The notes under the pieces: generated by a model
The model's database searches: none
Told to the model about the DNA's origin: nothing
The model's input: only the letters and a program-made list of their open reading frames with translations
Assembly: GCF_006345805.1 (NCBI RefSeq)
Contig: NC_043021.1
Location: forward strand, 21,204,001 to 21,268,000
Length of the DNA: 64,000 nucleotides
Direction of reading: 5' to 3'
DNA from: Octopus sinensis
Taxonomy: Eukaryota
In this document: positions 1 through 13,076 of the stretch, piece by piece
Layout of the letters: each line of letters begins with the position of its first letter
Position numbering within the stretch: the first letter of the stretch is position 1
Position numbers and translations under genes: made by a program

Positions 1-593
1 CGCACACATTCTTAGTAGCTTAGCGTAGGCTCGAATTAGAGATTATTCTTTGTGGCTAATGGCATGAGTCCTGATTAGAAGAAGACAGCAACAGTGGTCC
101 CAGATAACTGAGCAATACTTCCATATGAGTCACATGAGTATTTTATTCAAGATTGGCAATTGATCAGAGTGGAAATATATTTTGGTCCAGAAAACTCTAT
201 TGACATTATCCCATCACCTCTTCATAACATTAATGCATGAAGGTGCTGCTGTGCTACATATTTGGCATAGCTTCTGAAGCTGGGTGTTTTTCCTAACACC
301 AACCACTTATCATGAGTGGACTGGGAACATTGTATCATAGCACCGGTACTAAAGAGCTTGTCTTCTCAGTCATACATTGTTTCTATTCATTCACCAAACA
401 CTTGGCAGTGTACACTACCTTTTGTCATGATAACGGCGCAATCAATTACATCAGTTCCACTACTGGTCTGGTATTTTATTTTATTGAACACATAAAGAAG
501 AGAGACATAGTCAACCCTGCTTGGATTTGAACCTAGACTTTAGATAGATAATAGTAAATATTGCATGCCATTTGTATGGCATTTTAGCAGTTT

Positions 594-976
594 CAAGAGT
601 GGGTGTGTGGTAAGTAGCTTGCTAACCAGCCACATGGTTCCGGGTTCAGTCCCACTGCGTGGCATCTTGGGCAAGTGTCTTCTGCTATTGTCTCGGGCCG
701 ACCAATGCCTTGTGAGTGAATTTGGTAGACGGAAACTGAAAGAAGCCTGTCGTATATATGCATGTGTGTGTGTTTGTGTGTCTGTGTTTGTCCCCCTCGC
801 ATTGCTTGACAACCGATGCTGGTGTGTTTACGTCCCTGTCACTTAGCGGTTCGGCAAAAGAGACCGATAGAATAAGTACTGGGCTTACAAAGAATAAGTC
901 CCAAGGTCGATTTGATCGACTAAAGGCGGTGCTCCAGCATGGCCGCAGTCAAATGACTGAAACAAGTAAAAGAGTA
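594..976 (+). mobile_element. tRNA-derived SINE, family A (central TA/TG microsatellite)
   Basis: Head gagtgggtgtgtggtaagtagcttgc with B-box-like ggttcagtcc, body ttgggcaagtgtcttct, tail gactgaaacaagtaaaagag; more than 15 similar copies in the window. Confidence 0.9.
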
Positions 977-1293
977 ATACTTTTGATTATGAGCTGTCTT
1001 GTTTATGCAACAACATCTTCTTGCTCCTTCATTCCATAAAATGTCGACTGTGTTCAGGTCATCAGGAAATTCCTGCCACCGAGATCGTGAGATCATGGTT
1101 TCAATTCCTAGACAGGGTGATGTATTGTGTTCTTAAGCAAAACATTTCATCTCACATTGCTTTGCGATCACTTCGACACCTGATGTGTGGCACACAATGC
1201 ACCCACTCAGGCACACACATTTGATCACTGTAAACAATTCATTTGTGCAGGTCATTCGGCAAATGCTCATATGTCATCTTTGAAAGGAGAGTT

Positions 1294-1335
<42 letters not shown>

Positions 1336-1338
<3 letters not shown>

Positions 1339-1837
1339 ATCAATATAGGGTGGCAAAAAATTTTGTAGAATTTTTTTGCCACCAGCGGCCTAGTGGGAAA
1401 AAATTAAATAGTCATAGACCATTTTTAAGTTCAACATCAACAATCAAGGAACGGCCATAATAGGCCATTCACCCACTAGAAATAACAGCCAAAGCTTCAA
1501 CCGCAAATAAAAATCAATTCCGTAAACCAGGAGAAAATCTTCCATAGGCCCTCAGATTCTTCAGTAAGAAATAGCCTATTTCTTAGGCTATTTCTTACTG
1601 AAGGCTATTTCTTACTGAAGAATCTGAGGGCCTATGGAAGATTGGCTTGATTTAATTTAATCAGGTTAGTTTACCATTAAACAGCAGATGAAACGGTGCA
1701 TCGTATAAGAAATTACAGGGTAAATGTTTTTTAAATTTTCTCCTGGTTTACGGAATTGATTTTTATTTGCGGTTGAAGCTTTGGCTGTTATTTCTAGTGG
1801 GTGAATGGCCTATTATGGCCGTTCCTTGATTGTTGAT
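1336..1837 (+). mobile_element. Hammerhead-bearing Penelope-like pseudo-LTR fragment with inverted partial copy
   Basis: 103-bp inverted arms 1436-1538/1735-1837, inner 42-bp arms 1536-1577/1602-1643, hammerhead motif inside, (TA)n on both sides. Confidence 0.7.
1607..1713 (+). ncRNA. Type I hammerhead ribozyme motif with long helix II insert
   Basis: ATTTCTTA/TAAGAAAT helix I, CTGAAGA core, ATCTG/CAGAT helix II, GAAAC, palindromic ACGGTGCATCGT helix III, GTA cleavage triplet. Confidence 0.75.
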
Positions 1838-1857
1838 ATATATATATATATATATAT

Positions 1858-2521
1858 GAAGCACGGCCTTTGAACATTAGGCCTCACCAAGGCAATGACT
1901 AGTGATCGAGACCTTTGGAAATATGCTGTGCTTGAGAAGACCTGGCAAGCCAAGTGGGACCATAACCTGTGGCCTATGCCAGGGGTGCAACTAGCCCACT
2001 TATGCATACCTTTCCTTCATTGGACACTAAACTCTGCTTGCGAAGACCTGTTGAGGCAAGTGAAATCGAAATAAAATTCGATGACTGGCATCCGTGCAAG
2101 TGGAGCGATAAGAACACCATCCGAGTGTGATTGTTGCCAGAGCAGCTAACTGGCTTCCGTGCTGATGGCACGTAAGAAGCACCATTCGAGCGGGATCGTT
2201 ACCAGCATCACCTTTCTGCGAAAAACATTCGAGTGATGTCGTTGCCAGTGCCGCTGGACTGGCTCCTGTGCAGGTGGCACATAAAAACACCATTTGAGCA
2301 TGGGCGTTGCCGGTACCGCCTGACTGGCCCTTGTGCTGTTGGCACATAAAAGCACCCACTACACTCTGAGTGGTTGGCATTAGGAAGGGCATCCAGCTGT
2401 AGAAACTCTGCCAGATCAGATTGGAGAGCCTGGTGCCGCCATCTGGTTTGCCAGTCCTCAGTCAAATCGTCCAACCCATGCTAGCTTGGAAAGTGGATGT
2501 TAAACGATGATGATGATGATG
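1858..2521 (+). mobile_element. RTE-clade LINE 3' end with minisatellite-bearing 3' UTR (family D)
   Basis: Frame KHGL*TLGLTKAMTSDRDLWKYAVLEKT resembles an RTE C-terminus; ~55-60 bp internal repeats; ends gttaaacgatgatgatg. Confidence 0.7.
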
Positions 2522-3614
2522 ATATATATATATACACACACACACACACACTTACATGCATATATGTATGCATGTGTGTATGTATATCTCCATACATATA
2601 TGTGCATGTGTGTGTGTGTGTGTACATAGCTGTATATATATATGTATTTCCAGCTATGCATATATGCATACCTAATCACATTCACAATACATTTATTCAA
2701 AGTGTATCTATGTATTTCCAAATATGCATACTTATCTATATCTGTATCCATCCATCTATATATATATATTGTATGTATGTATGTATGGGTGCATACAACC
2801 TCTGGAGTTAATTATCACATTGTGAAAATGAATGACAAATCCAAAACGAAGAATCAGAAGAGTAATAAAGAAATTATGGAAAAAAAAAAAAAAAGAAAAT
2901 TACAAATAAGTGAAAGACAACCAAATATGCTTTAAAGGTTTGGCTTTAAGTCTGTTTTCCTAATGTAATTAAATCCAGCTTCGTATTGTAAAGGAAAAAT
3001 ATGACAAGGAATTAAGGAGTGGAAGGAAACAACTTGGTTTCTTGACTTTGTTTTGAAGTTGCTTGGATGTTTGCAAATTATTCCATTCTCTTTTATTCTC
3101 CCTTTTTTTTTTTCTTATTTCTCTAAACATTTCTGTTTATGCTTATGTTTTTGGGGAAATATGTTGTCATTCTAGGAAATAGCACATCTTTTCTTGCATT
3201 TGTTTCTGTTCAACTATCCGGCTTATTGGAACTAGTTGCATAGGATAGAATATCTTTTGTATCGTATTTTCACTCACAAGTGTCTCCCCTCTTCTTTCAT
3301 ATCCCAACATAAATGACAAGGGATTATCTATGTAACTCGGGTGGAACAAATAGCATGTAAGGGAAATTTTTGTTGTTGTTGTTGTTTGCAAGCCCTTGTT
3401 TAATGAGTTTCTTGCCTATATTTATATTTTTTACTGGTCTAAATCCCCAAAACTACATACACACCCTCTGCACAAAGAAAAAAATTGGGTGCCATTATTT
3501 TCATCATGTTTGTTTGATCGACTGTTTGGGTGTCTTTTCTGGCATCGAAGGAAGTATTGAAGCCACAGGAAATCAAAGCTTCATATTTTGTATGATACAT
3601 GTCTACATATTTTT

Positions 3615-3772
3615 GAGGCATGGCTGTGTGGTAAGAAGCTTGCTTACCAACCACATGATTCCAGGTTCTGTCCCACTACATGGCACCTTGGGTAAGTGTC
3701 TTCTACTATAGCCTCAGGCTGACCAAAACCTTGTGAGTGGATTTTGTAGATGGAAACTGAAAGAAACCCATC

Positions 3773-3849
<77 letters not shown>

Positions 3850-4090
3850 TATATGTGTGTGTGTGTGTCTGCGTTTGTCCCCCATCATCATTTGACAATA
3901 GTGTTGGTGTGCTTACATCCCCATAACATAACGGTTCAGCAAAAGAGATCAATAGAATAAGTACCAGGCTAAAAAGATTAAAATGGAAAGAAGTACTGGG
4001 GTTGATTCATTCGACTTGAAATTCCTCAAGGTAGTGCCCCAGCATGGCTGCAGTCTAATGGCTGAAACATGTAAAAGATAAAAGATAAAT
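3615..4090 (+). mobile_element. SINE family A, diverged copy
   Basis: Recognisable head, TA/CA centre and tail with many substitutions. Confidence 0.8.
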
Positions 4091-4379
4091 ACCTATAAAA
4101 GCATGCAACTCATTTATGTAATCATAGGCAGGTGGCATACCCCAACTTCTGGAAACCTTGCACTTTAATAAAATTTTAAAATACGAACACTAATTTTGGG
4201 ATATGTTCTGTAATTCTGTCTCTAGGGAGTAACTCAAGTGGGTTTTAACAATTTTAAATCTGCATGTATAAAGATTAAATTTTTAGAAATGTTTAAGGCA
4301 GTGCTCCAGCATGGCCACAGTCAAATGACTGAAACAAGTAAGAATAAAAGAATATCGTCATCATCCATCATTTTAAATC

Positions 4380-4800
4380 TGGGTTTTGTCCCCGTTAATG
4401 AGGGTGGCTGGATCTACCTCAATGCCATAGCAACTGCCCTCACACCTCACCATCTTGCCTGGCTTTGGGCGTCCTCCCTTCTCAAGCCAACCCTCCCAAT
4501 CTCCCCCTCCACATTTTCTTTGGTTGACCTCACTTTCGTAGTTCATTCACTTTAAACTCAAACACTCTCAGAACATGCTCGTCATCCCTCCTCAATGCAT
4601 GCCCATACCATTGCACTCCATTCACCCTTGCCAGCCGTTCCTCTGATTCCTCCAACCCCAGCATCCCCATCAAGTCCTCAGTCTTCCTCCTATCAAACGG
4701 CCTCACACCACACATTTTTCTCACCATTGCTCTCTCAGTCCTTCTCAAAATTACCATCTCTCTCTCTCCCTCAAACACCATGTCTCACTCCCCTACAGCA
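4380..4800 (-). mobile_element. RTE-clade LINE ORF C-terminal fragment
   Basis: ORF 4530-4781: LRRTERAMVRKMCGV...QWYGHALRRDDEHVLR, typical of the post-RT region of RTE elements. Confidence 0.8.
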
Positions 4801-4865
4801 TTGCAGCTCTCACACAACTCCTATAGACTTTTCCTTTCATCTTCAATGAGAACCTTTTCCCATAT

Positions 4866-5130
4866 ATCATCATCATCATTTAGCATCCGCTTTCCATGCT
4901 AGCATGGGTTGGATGGTTCAACTGGGGTCTGGGAAGCCAGAAGGCTGCATCAGGCCCAGTCTGATCTGGCAGTGTTTCTACGGCTGGATGCCCTTCCTAA
5001 CGCCAACCACTTTGTGAGTGTAGTGGGTGCTTTTTATGTGCCAGACGGGGCTGGCAAACAGCCACAGACGGATGGTGCTGTTTACGTGCCACCGGCACGG
5101 TGGCCAGGCAAGGCTGGCAATGGCCATATA
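4866..5130 (-). mobile_element. Family D (RTE-type 3' end) fragment
   Basis: catcatcatt tail plus ctggatgcccttcctaacgccaacc and repeat units. Confidence 0.8.
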
Positions 5131-5329
5131 AACACGAGAAAAGAGTATGAGGGCCTTTCACTCTAATTCAATGAGTAGAGGGCTCAGTTGTTAACAACGC
5201 ATGGAATACTCATTGTTAATGCCAGTGCTTGATTCTTTTGCATGTGTTTGTTACTACTGTTTAGCCCTAGGCCAGGTATGATCTAGTAGATATATGTTCA
5301 AAAATAATCTAGCCATGACGATCTCTCTC

Positions 5330-5778
5330 TTTTACTCTTCTATTTGTTTGTCTTTTGACTGTGGCCATGCTGGAACACCACCTTTAGTCGATCAAATCGA
5401 CCCCAGAATTTATTCTTTGTAAGCCAAGTACTTATTCTATCGGTCTCTTTTGCCGAACTGCTAAGTTACGGGGACGTAAACACACCAGCATCGGTTGTCA
5501 AGCGATGTTGGGGAGAGAAACACAGACACGCAAATGTGTACGCGCACACACGCACGCACGCGCGCACGCACGCACGCGCGCACGCACGCACGCACGCACA
5601 CGCACACACGCGCGCGATGGGCTTCTTTCAGTTTCTGTCTACCAAATCCACTCACAAAGCTATGGTCACCCCGAGGCTTTAGTAGAAGATACTTGCCCAA
5701 GGTTCCACGCAGTGGGACTGAACCCAGAACCATGTGGTTGGTTAGCAAGTTACTTACCTCACAGCCACTCCTATTCCT
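5330..5778 (-). mobile_element. SINE family A with (CGCA)n-like centre
   Basis: Reverse complement of family A; centre is cacgcacgcg repeats rather than TA. Confidence 0.85.
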
Positions 5779-5949
5779 GTTCAAATATATATCTAAAACT
5801 ACATTATCCAGTATGTTGTTCCCTTTTTCTTTAGTGACAGTAGTGTATAATATGAGGGAAATTTGACTGCAACATAAGCTAGGGTTAACACATAGGCTTT
5901 TGGTAGATACAATAGCTACTCTCTATGACTGTGTAGCTATGGGCATGCA

Positions 5950-6365
5950 GTCATCATCATTATCATTTAACGTCCGTTTTCCATGCTAGCATGGGTTGGA
6001 CGGTTCAACTGGGGTCTGGGAAGCCAGAAGGCTGTGCCAGGCCCAGTCTGATCTGGCGGTGTTTCTACAGCTGGATGCCCTTCCTAACGCCAAACACTCC
6101 GAGAGTGTAGTGGGTGCTTTTTATGTGCCACCTGCACATGTGCCAGATGAGGCTGGCAAATGGCCACGACCGGATGGTGCTTTTTACTTGTCACCGGCAC
6201 GGGGGCCAGGCGAGGCTGGCAACGGCCACAATCGGATGGTGCTTTTTAGGTGCCACCGGCACGGAGGCCAGTCGGGGCGGCGCTGGCAACGGCTATGTTC
6301 GGATGGTTCTCTTACGTGCCACCGGCACTGGTATCACAGTTACAATTTCCATTGATGTTGATCGA
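5950..6365 (-). mobile_element. Family D (RTE-type 3' end) with internal tandem units
   Basis: catcatt tail and repeated gtgccaccggcacg units. Confidence 0.8.
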
Positions 6366-6810
6366 TTTCGATTTCATATACATAATATATATGTCTGTAT
6401 ATATAATATATTACCATTTGCTGTTGCATTGGACATTAGGAAATCAAATTATCTAATGAGTGTGTTTGTCAGAGGTGGATAGACTGGAAAAAATGACAAC
6501 TGCTCTCTGTTACTAGAGGTAAGGGGTTGTACCCACTCACCAGATGTAACTCTTTCTCACTTCCAGTAATAGAGAGCAGTTGCCATTTTTTCCTTACCAG
6601 CCATGTCGGTCAAGTGCACTTATTAAATAATCTGATTTCCTAATATCCTGTGTGAAGTCGATTTGTAAAATTGGCTGTAAATGGCTCCATAATACTATAT
6701 ATATATATATATATATATATTGATTAATATATTGTCTCTATTAACAAATACACAAGTGTATATTGTTTTGACTTACAGATTCTTAGACAACCACACATAC
6801 ACACACACAC

Positions 6811-7030
6811 ACGAGGGGATGCTGAAAAGTTCCTGGTTTTGGATGAAGGAAAATTCAGGAGGATCTGTTAATTTTGACTTTATTCAACAGATTCCCCTCT
6901 CAGATTCACACACTTATTTCAGCAGTCCTTCAATTTTTCTAAACTCTGTAAAAGAACTTGCAAGTTTAGGCCTCCAACCAGGCCTTTCACAATACCCTTA
7001 AAGCCAGATACTTTTCACTGCACACTCATA
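6811..7030. mobile_element. Tc1/mariner-type MITE (degraded)
   Basis: Ends cgaggggatgctgaaaagttcctgg / ccagatacttttcactgcacactcata; related partial copy at 20658-20800. Confidence 0.6.
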
Positions 7031-8165
7031 TATATATATATAATATGTAACAATTATTCGAATGTCGGGGCAGAAACCCACATTGCCATCTCTTTAGTTA
7101 TCCGGCCATCGAAAAAATGCCCTGTAGGCGTCCATATTGAATTCTTCTGTGGGGCAAAGTCCTCAACTGGTTTCTGGCGATTTTCCAAAATAAGCTGTAT
7201 TAGCCCTTAGGGAAAAATAGCAGTGTACAGGAGGTAATTTATTGATAGAAATGGTAAGACAACAAAAGAATGAAAGAGACCTTGATATTATGTAAATACA
7301 GGAATTTATCTGCCAATATATGTGACAATTATTCGGTAGCCATGATAAAACTCCGAGTCTATTAAAATATATATATATATCATCATATATATATATATAC
7401 ATGGGGTGCTGGTGCCGGAGGGTTCCTGGCTTATAAAATATTATTTTTATTATTTACAGATTTGTAAAATCAACACTGCTTACCAAAAAAACAAAACAAA
7501 AACAAAACATTGCACACACACATACAAACACACATACATACACACATACATATATCCACATTCACATTCATTATTTCTATCTATTTCTTAAATGGAATGA
7601 AAAGTAGAAATTTGAAAATAAAATACAAAAAGAAAAAGAAAGAAAAAAAACCAGAAGCTGATGACAGGTAAATGTTTAGCCACTTTCAGATCTGATTCAG
7701 TAGACGTATGAACAAATGTATGCCAGTCAAGACCATCTTGTCTATTCTCAAATCTGATCTCAAACTAAACAAAGTCTGATGACAGGTAAATAGTCTTTTA
7801 TGAAAACTTCCTGTATTTTTTTCACCTCTCCACCTATAAAGAATCAATGTTTATTTCATTAATATCTGTAGATTTATATTATTTTTATTTTAATTCTGGG
7901 TAAAAGACATCTTTATCTATTTTGCACAGCTGTCTGTATCATTTACATTATATAAGGTAGCAATGGAAAATACATAACTACAAAACGGGGAGAAATTTGG
8001 TTGATGATAATGGTATTAAAAACAGAAAAGAAAATTGAGTAACAAAAACATAAAAAATAATGAGAGTAATAATCAGAATAAGACACTCAAAGAATGAATA
8101 TAAATTAATGAAATATTTCCAATTGTTAGTATATTTTTTTAGTGTGTGTTTGTGTGTGTGTGTAT

Positions 8166-8227
<62 letters not shown>

Positions 8228-8401
8228 TGATTTAGTAATTGAATTTTGTAATTATGTCCTTTCATTGCTAAAACTGGTTTTCAAAATTGTGGTCTTTGTC
8301 GCTTTTTGAACGCATTTTTTTCTTTTTTAAATTCATATACAAGAACACAAACATTGTAATTACCCACTTGTTCAAACTTAATTTATGAAAATATATATAT
8401 A

Positions 8402-8441
<40 letters not shown>

Positions 8442-9202
8442 GTGTGTGTGTATGTGATTATATATGCATTTGTATAGATATGTCTATATATACATATATA
8501 TGTTTGTATAGTTATGTTTACACACTCTTGTGCAGACATATCTGTGTCTATATATATGCACACGCATGCGTGTGCACCTGTGTGTGCATATATATATATA
8601 TGTGTGTATGTAGATGAAAATGGGAAAATGGATTTTCCAGTATTTTCAGTGATGAGTATTTCAGTTGTGCAATCAACTGAATGACATGCTCATTATATTA
8701 GCTTTATAAGTAACTGAGTATTCCACACCATCCTTAACTTGATACAGTGTGTGATAAAGCTAAGTACCAAACTTAAAAAATACTGTGGTAAATTTATTTG
8801 ACTAAAAACCCTTAAAGGCAGTGCCCCGTGATGACTGCAGTTCAATACAGGAAACAAGTAAAAGATAAACATGATACTTCATCACCACTTATATCACTTT
8901 CTAGCTCCAACCCATAACCTCTCTTGTAAAATGCTAGCAGTCATGTTGTTCTTCTAGAAGAAACCTATTCTGCTCTGGCCCTTTTTTTCTCACCCTTTAT
9001 CCCTCTCTACTCCTTGTTCTCCTCACATAAAGTCCCTTTGCTCCACCACTTGGGGCTCATAGTCTTACAAGCTGTATGGTGACTGCACGAGTGCTGGTGG
9101 CACAAAGAAAAAAAGGAAAATTTTAAAAAGTACCCAGTACATGCTGTAAAGGGATGAGCATTTGGAAGGGCATTCTGACGGTAGAAACCATGCCAAATAG
9201 AC

Positions 9203-9276
9203 ACTGAAGCATAATACAGCCCATCAGATCTTATCAAACTGAAGCATAATACAGCCCATCAGATCTTATCAAACTG
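9203..9276. repeat. Perfect 35-bp tandem duplication
   Basis: ctgaagcataatacagcccatcagatcttatcaaa occurs twice back to back. Confidence 0.95.
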
Positions 9277-9404
9277 TTCAACCCATGTCAGCTTGGAACA
9301 GAGATATTGAATAATAATGATGTGGTGCATACAAATGCATGTACACAGATATACAGAGATAAATTTGCTTGAGAAATTTCATGAATGAATGTTTTATCTT
9401 TTAT

Positions 9405-9750
9405 TTTTGACTTGTTTCAGTCATTAGATAGTGGCCATGCTGTAGCACTACCTTGAAGAGGTTTTAGTTGAAAGAATTGACCTCACCCCCCCCTACTTAT
9501 TTTTTTAAAGCCTGGTACTTATTATGTCGGTTTCTTTTATTGAACTGTTAAGTTAGGGGGATGTAAACCTGCTAACACCAGTAGTGGTGGACAAAGGCAT
9601 ATATACGTATATACAACAGGCTTCTTGTGGCTTCTGTCAACCAAATCCACTCACCCAAGGTTATAGTCAAAGACACTTGGCCAAGGTGCCATGTAGTGGG
9701 ATTGAACCTGAAACCATGTGATTGAGAAGCAAGCTTCTTACCACACATCC
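9405..9750 (-). mobile_element. SINE family A, old diverged copy
   Basis: Degenerate tail, body and head in reverse orientation. Confidence 0.7.
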
Positions 9751-10352
9751 ATGCCAAGTTCATTAACATTCACAGATATAATTACTTACACGCAAGCATA
9801 ACTATAGCTTTGATGACGTCTTCTCAACTATTTGGCTTTGGGTTCCATCGCAATTTGTGTCACTTTGGACAGACAAGTATCTTCTATATTGGCCTTTAAT
9901 TGACCAGTGCTTTGTATGGAAACTGTACAAAAGCTTATCAAGTGTGTGTGTGTGCATGTGTGTGAGTGTGCATGCGTGTTTCCATGTGTCTTCATGTTAC
10001 CATGTGAATACAAGCATTAATATATTTCCGTCTTTGATAAACTATATACCCCACAGCTTGCATATTGCAATTTTGTTGTGTTTGAAGGTCAGTGGAATAG
10101 AAATAATTACTTGAAAAACAAGTTGATGACAAGAAGGGCATTTCATGTATCGAAAAAAGAAAAATAATAAATATAAGGATTATGATAACGAGGACATAAA
10201 CAAGTAGTGTGTTTCTAGGTTTAATCACAAATTTACACACACACACAGAGCAGCTGCAACAGCAGAAGTAGTGAAACAGCAGCAGCAATGGTATCAGTAG
10301 CAACACAGTGTGGTCAATTCATATATTCTTTCTTATCTGACTGAACATATTG

Positions 10353-10582
10353 GAGATTGGATGAGCTGTCAGTTGGTTGGGCGAAATGCATAACCGTATT
10401 TCGTTTTCCATTACGTTCCGAGTTCAAATTCCGCCGAGGTCAATTTTGCCTTTCATCCTTTCGGTGTCGATTAAATAAGTACCAGTTACGCACTGGGGTC
10501 GATATAATCGACTTTATATGTTTGTCTGCCCTTGTTTGTCCCCTCTGTGTTTAGCCCCTTGTGGGTAGTAAAGAAATTGGTA
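10353..10582 (+). mobile_element. SINE family C
   Basis: gagttcaaattccgccgaggtc...ttagccccttgtgggtagtaaagaaat. Confidence 0.85.
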
Positions 10583-11299
10583 TTCTCTAAAATATTTTCA
10601 GTTCTGTCATCAAACGTCAAAGATCTTGCATGTTCACCTGTTCAGTATAGAACAGCAGCATCTCCGAGAATTCAATCTCTGATTGAGTCCTCATAATTTA
10701 CCTCTACCTCATTGTCTATCTCAACACCAGAGAAGGAAAAGATGTATCCACGTTGTTACTCTACACCTCATTCAATGCACTACTGCATGCCATAGTGTGC
10801 AGTATCGTCCTAAGCTAGGTGCAGTGGCATTTTACCTCTGGAGCAACGTACCTAGTTGTTCAGTCGACTGCTTGCATGCTATAAGACTGTTTGATCAAAA
10901 CCAACTTGGGGTGACACAACAACAAAATCTAGCCGTAAATAACTACTATGATGTTGTTGTTCTTGTTGGCTGGCCTCAGCTCCTTGAGTAATCCTCCTAA
11001 GCAATCCATAATTTTACAATCCCAAAACACATATATGATAGATGTAATGCCAGCCTGAATTTAACTTATGAATTTTGATTACAACACCATTGTTCTGCCT
11101 ACTACAGTCTATGCCAGCAAGACTTGGAAGAGTTCTGTAAGGACAGATGCAAAACTAATTGTCTTCTATCAAAGGTTTCGCAGAAAGATTCTGAGGGTTA
11201 AGTAGTGGGGACCGTGGAGGTTCTGAGAAAAGTGAGGTTGCAGTCACTGCAAGAGATTGTAGCAAAGTGCTGATTAGTCTCTATCTAGCTGATTAGCAG

Positions 11300-11515
11300 C
11301 ACTCGAAAACTACCATGACTTGAGTATCACTTGTCAGCAGGCATAAAATGTGAAGGCTGAAGATCGCTTGGCAGTGGACATTTCAAGATGACCAAAAGAT
11401 AGCCAACACTATATGGAATGGATGTGCAAGAGTAGCAGCTGATTGAACCTAGTGGAGAAAGCTTGCTGCACAATTTTCTGAGCTGCACAGGAGGAGCTAA
11501 AGCATGGCCATGTGA
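11300..11515 (+). mobile_element. Degraded RTE-like LINE C-terminus
   Basis: Frame WQWTFQDDQKIANTIWNGCARVAAD*T*WRKLAAQFSELHRRS* resembles the RTE ORF end. Confidence 0.5.
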
Positions 11516-12037
11516 ATAAAATGTGCTGTATGTAGTCTAAAGCTTCTGTTTTGGTCTGATGTCTGATATTTTGAGCATGTCTTCAGTCATAGTCTTATGT
11601 TGACCCAGGGTTTGTGATTAAAATTTGGGAGATGAAAAGGGAAATAAATTTACTGAATAGGAGGAAACACATGGAGGGAAGAGTCACTGAAGAGGTCACA
11701 AATGTGTAACGAAAATTTCCAGACTATGGACATAGGATAAAATAAGAACAAGAATGATTGAATAACGAATATATAGTGCATATGTTTAATTGGCAAAAAC
11801 AAAAAGACTATCCCGAAATATTGAAATAAATAAATATATATATATGTGTGTGTGTATTCTCTCCTCACTGCTTGATAACTGGTGTTGATTAATTGACATC
11901 CCTGTAACTTACTAGTTTGCAAAAGAGACCAATAGAATAAATGCCAATCTTAAAGATAACTACTGGGGTCAATTTTTTTGACTGAACCCTAGAAGGCAGT
12001 GCCTTAGCATGGTTGCAGTTGACTGAATGAAACAAGT

Positions 12038-12422
12038 GGAAGCACTCTGTCGGTTATGACGATGAGGGTTCCGGTTGATCTGAATCAACGGAACAGCCTG
12101 CTCGTGAAATTAACATGTAAGTGGCTGAGCACTCCACAGACACGTGCACCCTTAATGTAGTTTTCGGGGATATTCAGTGTGACACAGAGAGTGACAAGGC
12201 CGGCCCCTTGAAATACAGGTACAACAGAAACAGGAAGTAAGAGTGAGAGAAAGTTGTGGTGAAAGAGTATAGCAGGGATCACCACCATCCCCTGCCGGAG
12301 CCTCGTGGAGCTTTCAGGTGTTTTCGCTCAATAAACACTCACAACGCCCGGTCTGGGAATCGAAACCGCGATCCTATGGCTGCGAGTCCGCTGCCCTAAC
12401 CACTGGGCCATTGCGCCTCCAC
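12038..12422 (-). mobile_element. tRNA-derived SINE family B, full length, 12-bp TSD
   Basis: Head gtggaggcgcaatggcccagtggttagggcagcgg; TSD aatgaaacaagt at 12026-12037 and 12424-12435. Confidence 0.9.
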
Positions 12423-12659
12423 TAATGAAACAAGTAAAAGACATGTATAAGACATAAAGAAAAATTATCTCTGTTTCAGATGCACATTTCTTTTAATGGT
12501 GTAACTATGTTTTTCTTCTTCTTTAGTCTTGGGTCAGCTCTAATTGAACATAGGTGCTGCCTATGATCGAAATAACTCCATCTGTGACAAACCCATATTT
12601 TTGACTGACTTTTTGCTCTGCATTATTTAATGTGTTATTTGTTTCCTAAGATGTTTCCT

Positions 12660-13076
12660 ATAGGTGCAGGAGTAGCTGTGTGGTAAGTAGCTTGCTTACC
12701 AACCACATGGTTCCGGGTTCAGTCCCACTGCGTGGCACCTTGGGCAAGTGTCTTCTGCTATAACCTCGGGCTGACCAATGCCTTGTGAGTGGATTTGGTA
12801 GACGGAAACTGAAAGAAGCCTGTCGTATATATGCATATATATATATGTATGCTTGTGTGTCTGTGTTTGTCCCCCTAGCATTGCTTGACAACCGATGCTG
12901 GTGTGTTTACGTCCCCGTCACTTAGCGGTTCGGTAAAAGAGACCGATAGAATAAGTACTGGGCTTATAAAGAATAAGTCCTGGGGTCGATTTGCTCGACT
13001 AAAGGCGGTGCTCCAGCATGGCCACAGTCAAATGACTGAAACAAGTAAAAGAGTAAAAGAGAAAAGAGTAAAGAGT
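12660..13076 (+). mobile_element. SINE family A
   Basis: Full-length head, body and aagagtaa tail. Confidence 0.9.

Noticed and set aside
22-35. agcgtaggctcgaa, matching helix II of the 44/59 kb hammerhead family
   Set aside because: Only 14 nt, with no core, helix I or flanking homology
1349-1394. Hairpin followed by CTAG|T resembling a Helitron 3' end
   Set aside because: More simply read as the antisense 3' terminus of the adjacent hammerhead element; no Helitron 5' TC end identified
12350-12422. tRNA-like heads of SINEs as tRNA genes
   Set aside because: No complete cloverleaf or acceptor stem; they continue directly into SINE bodies
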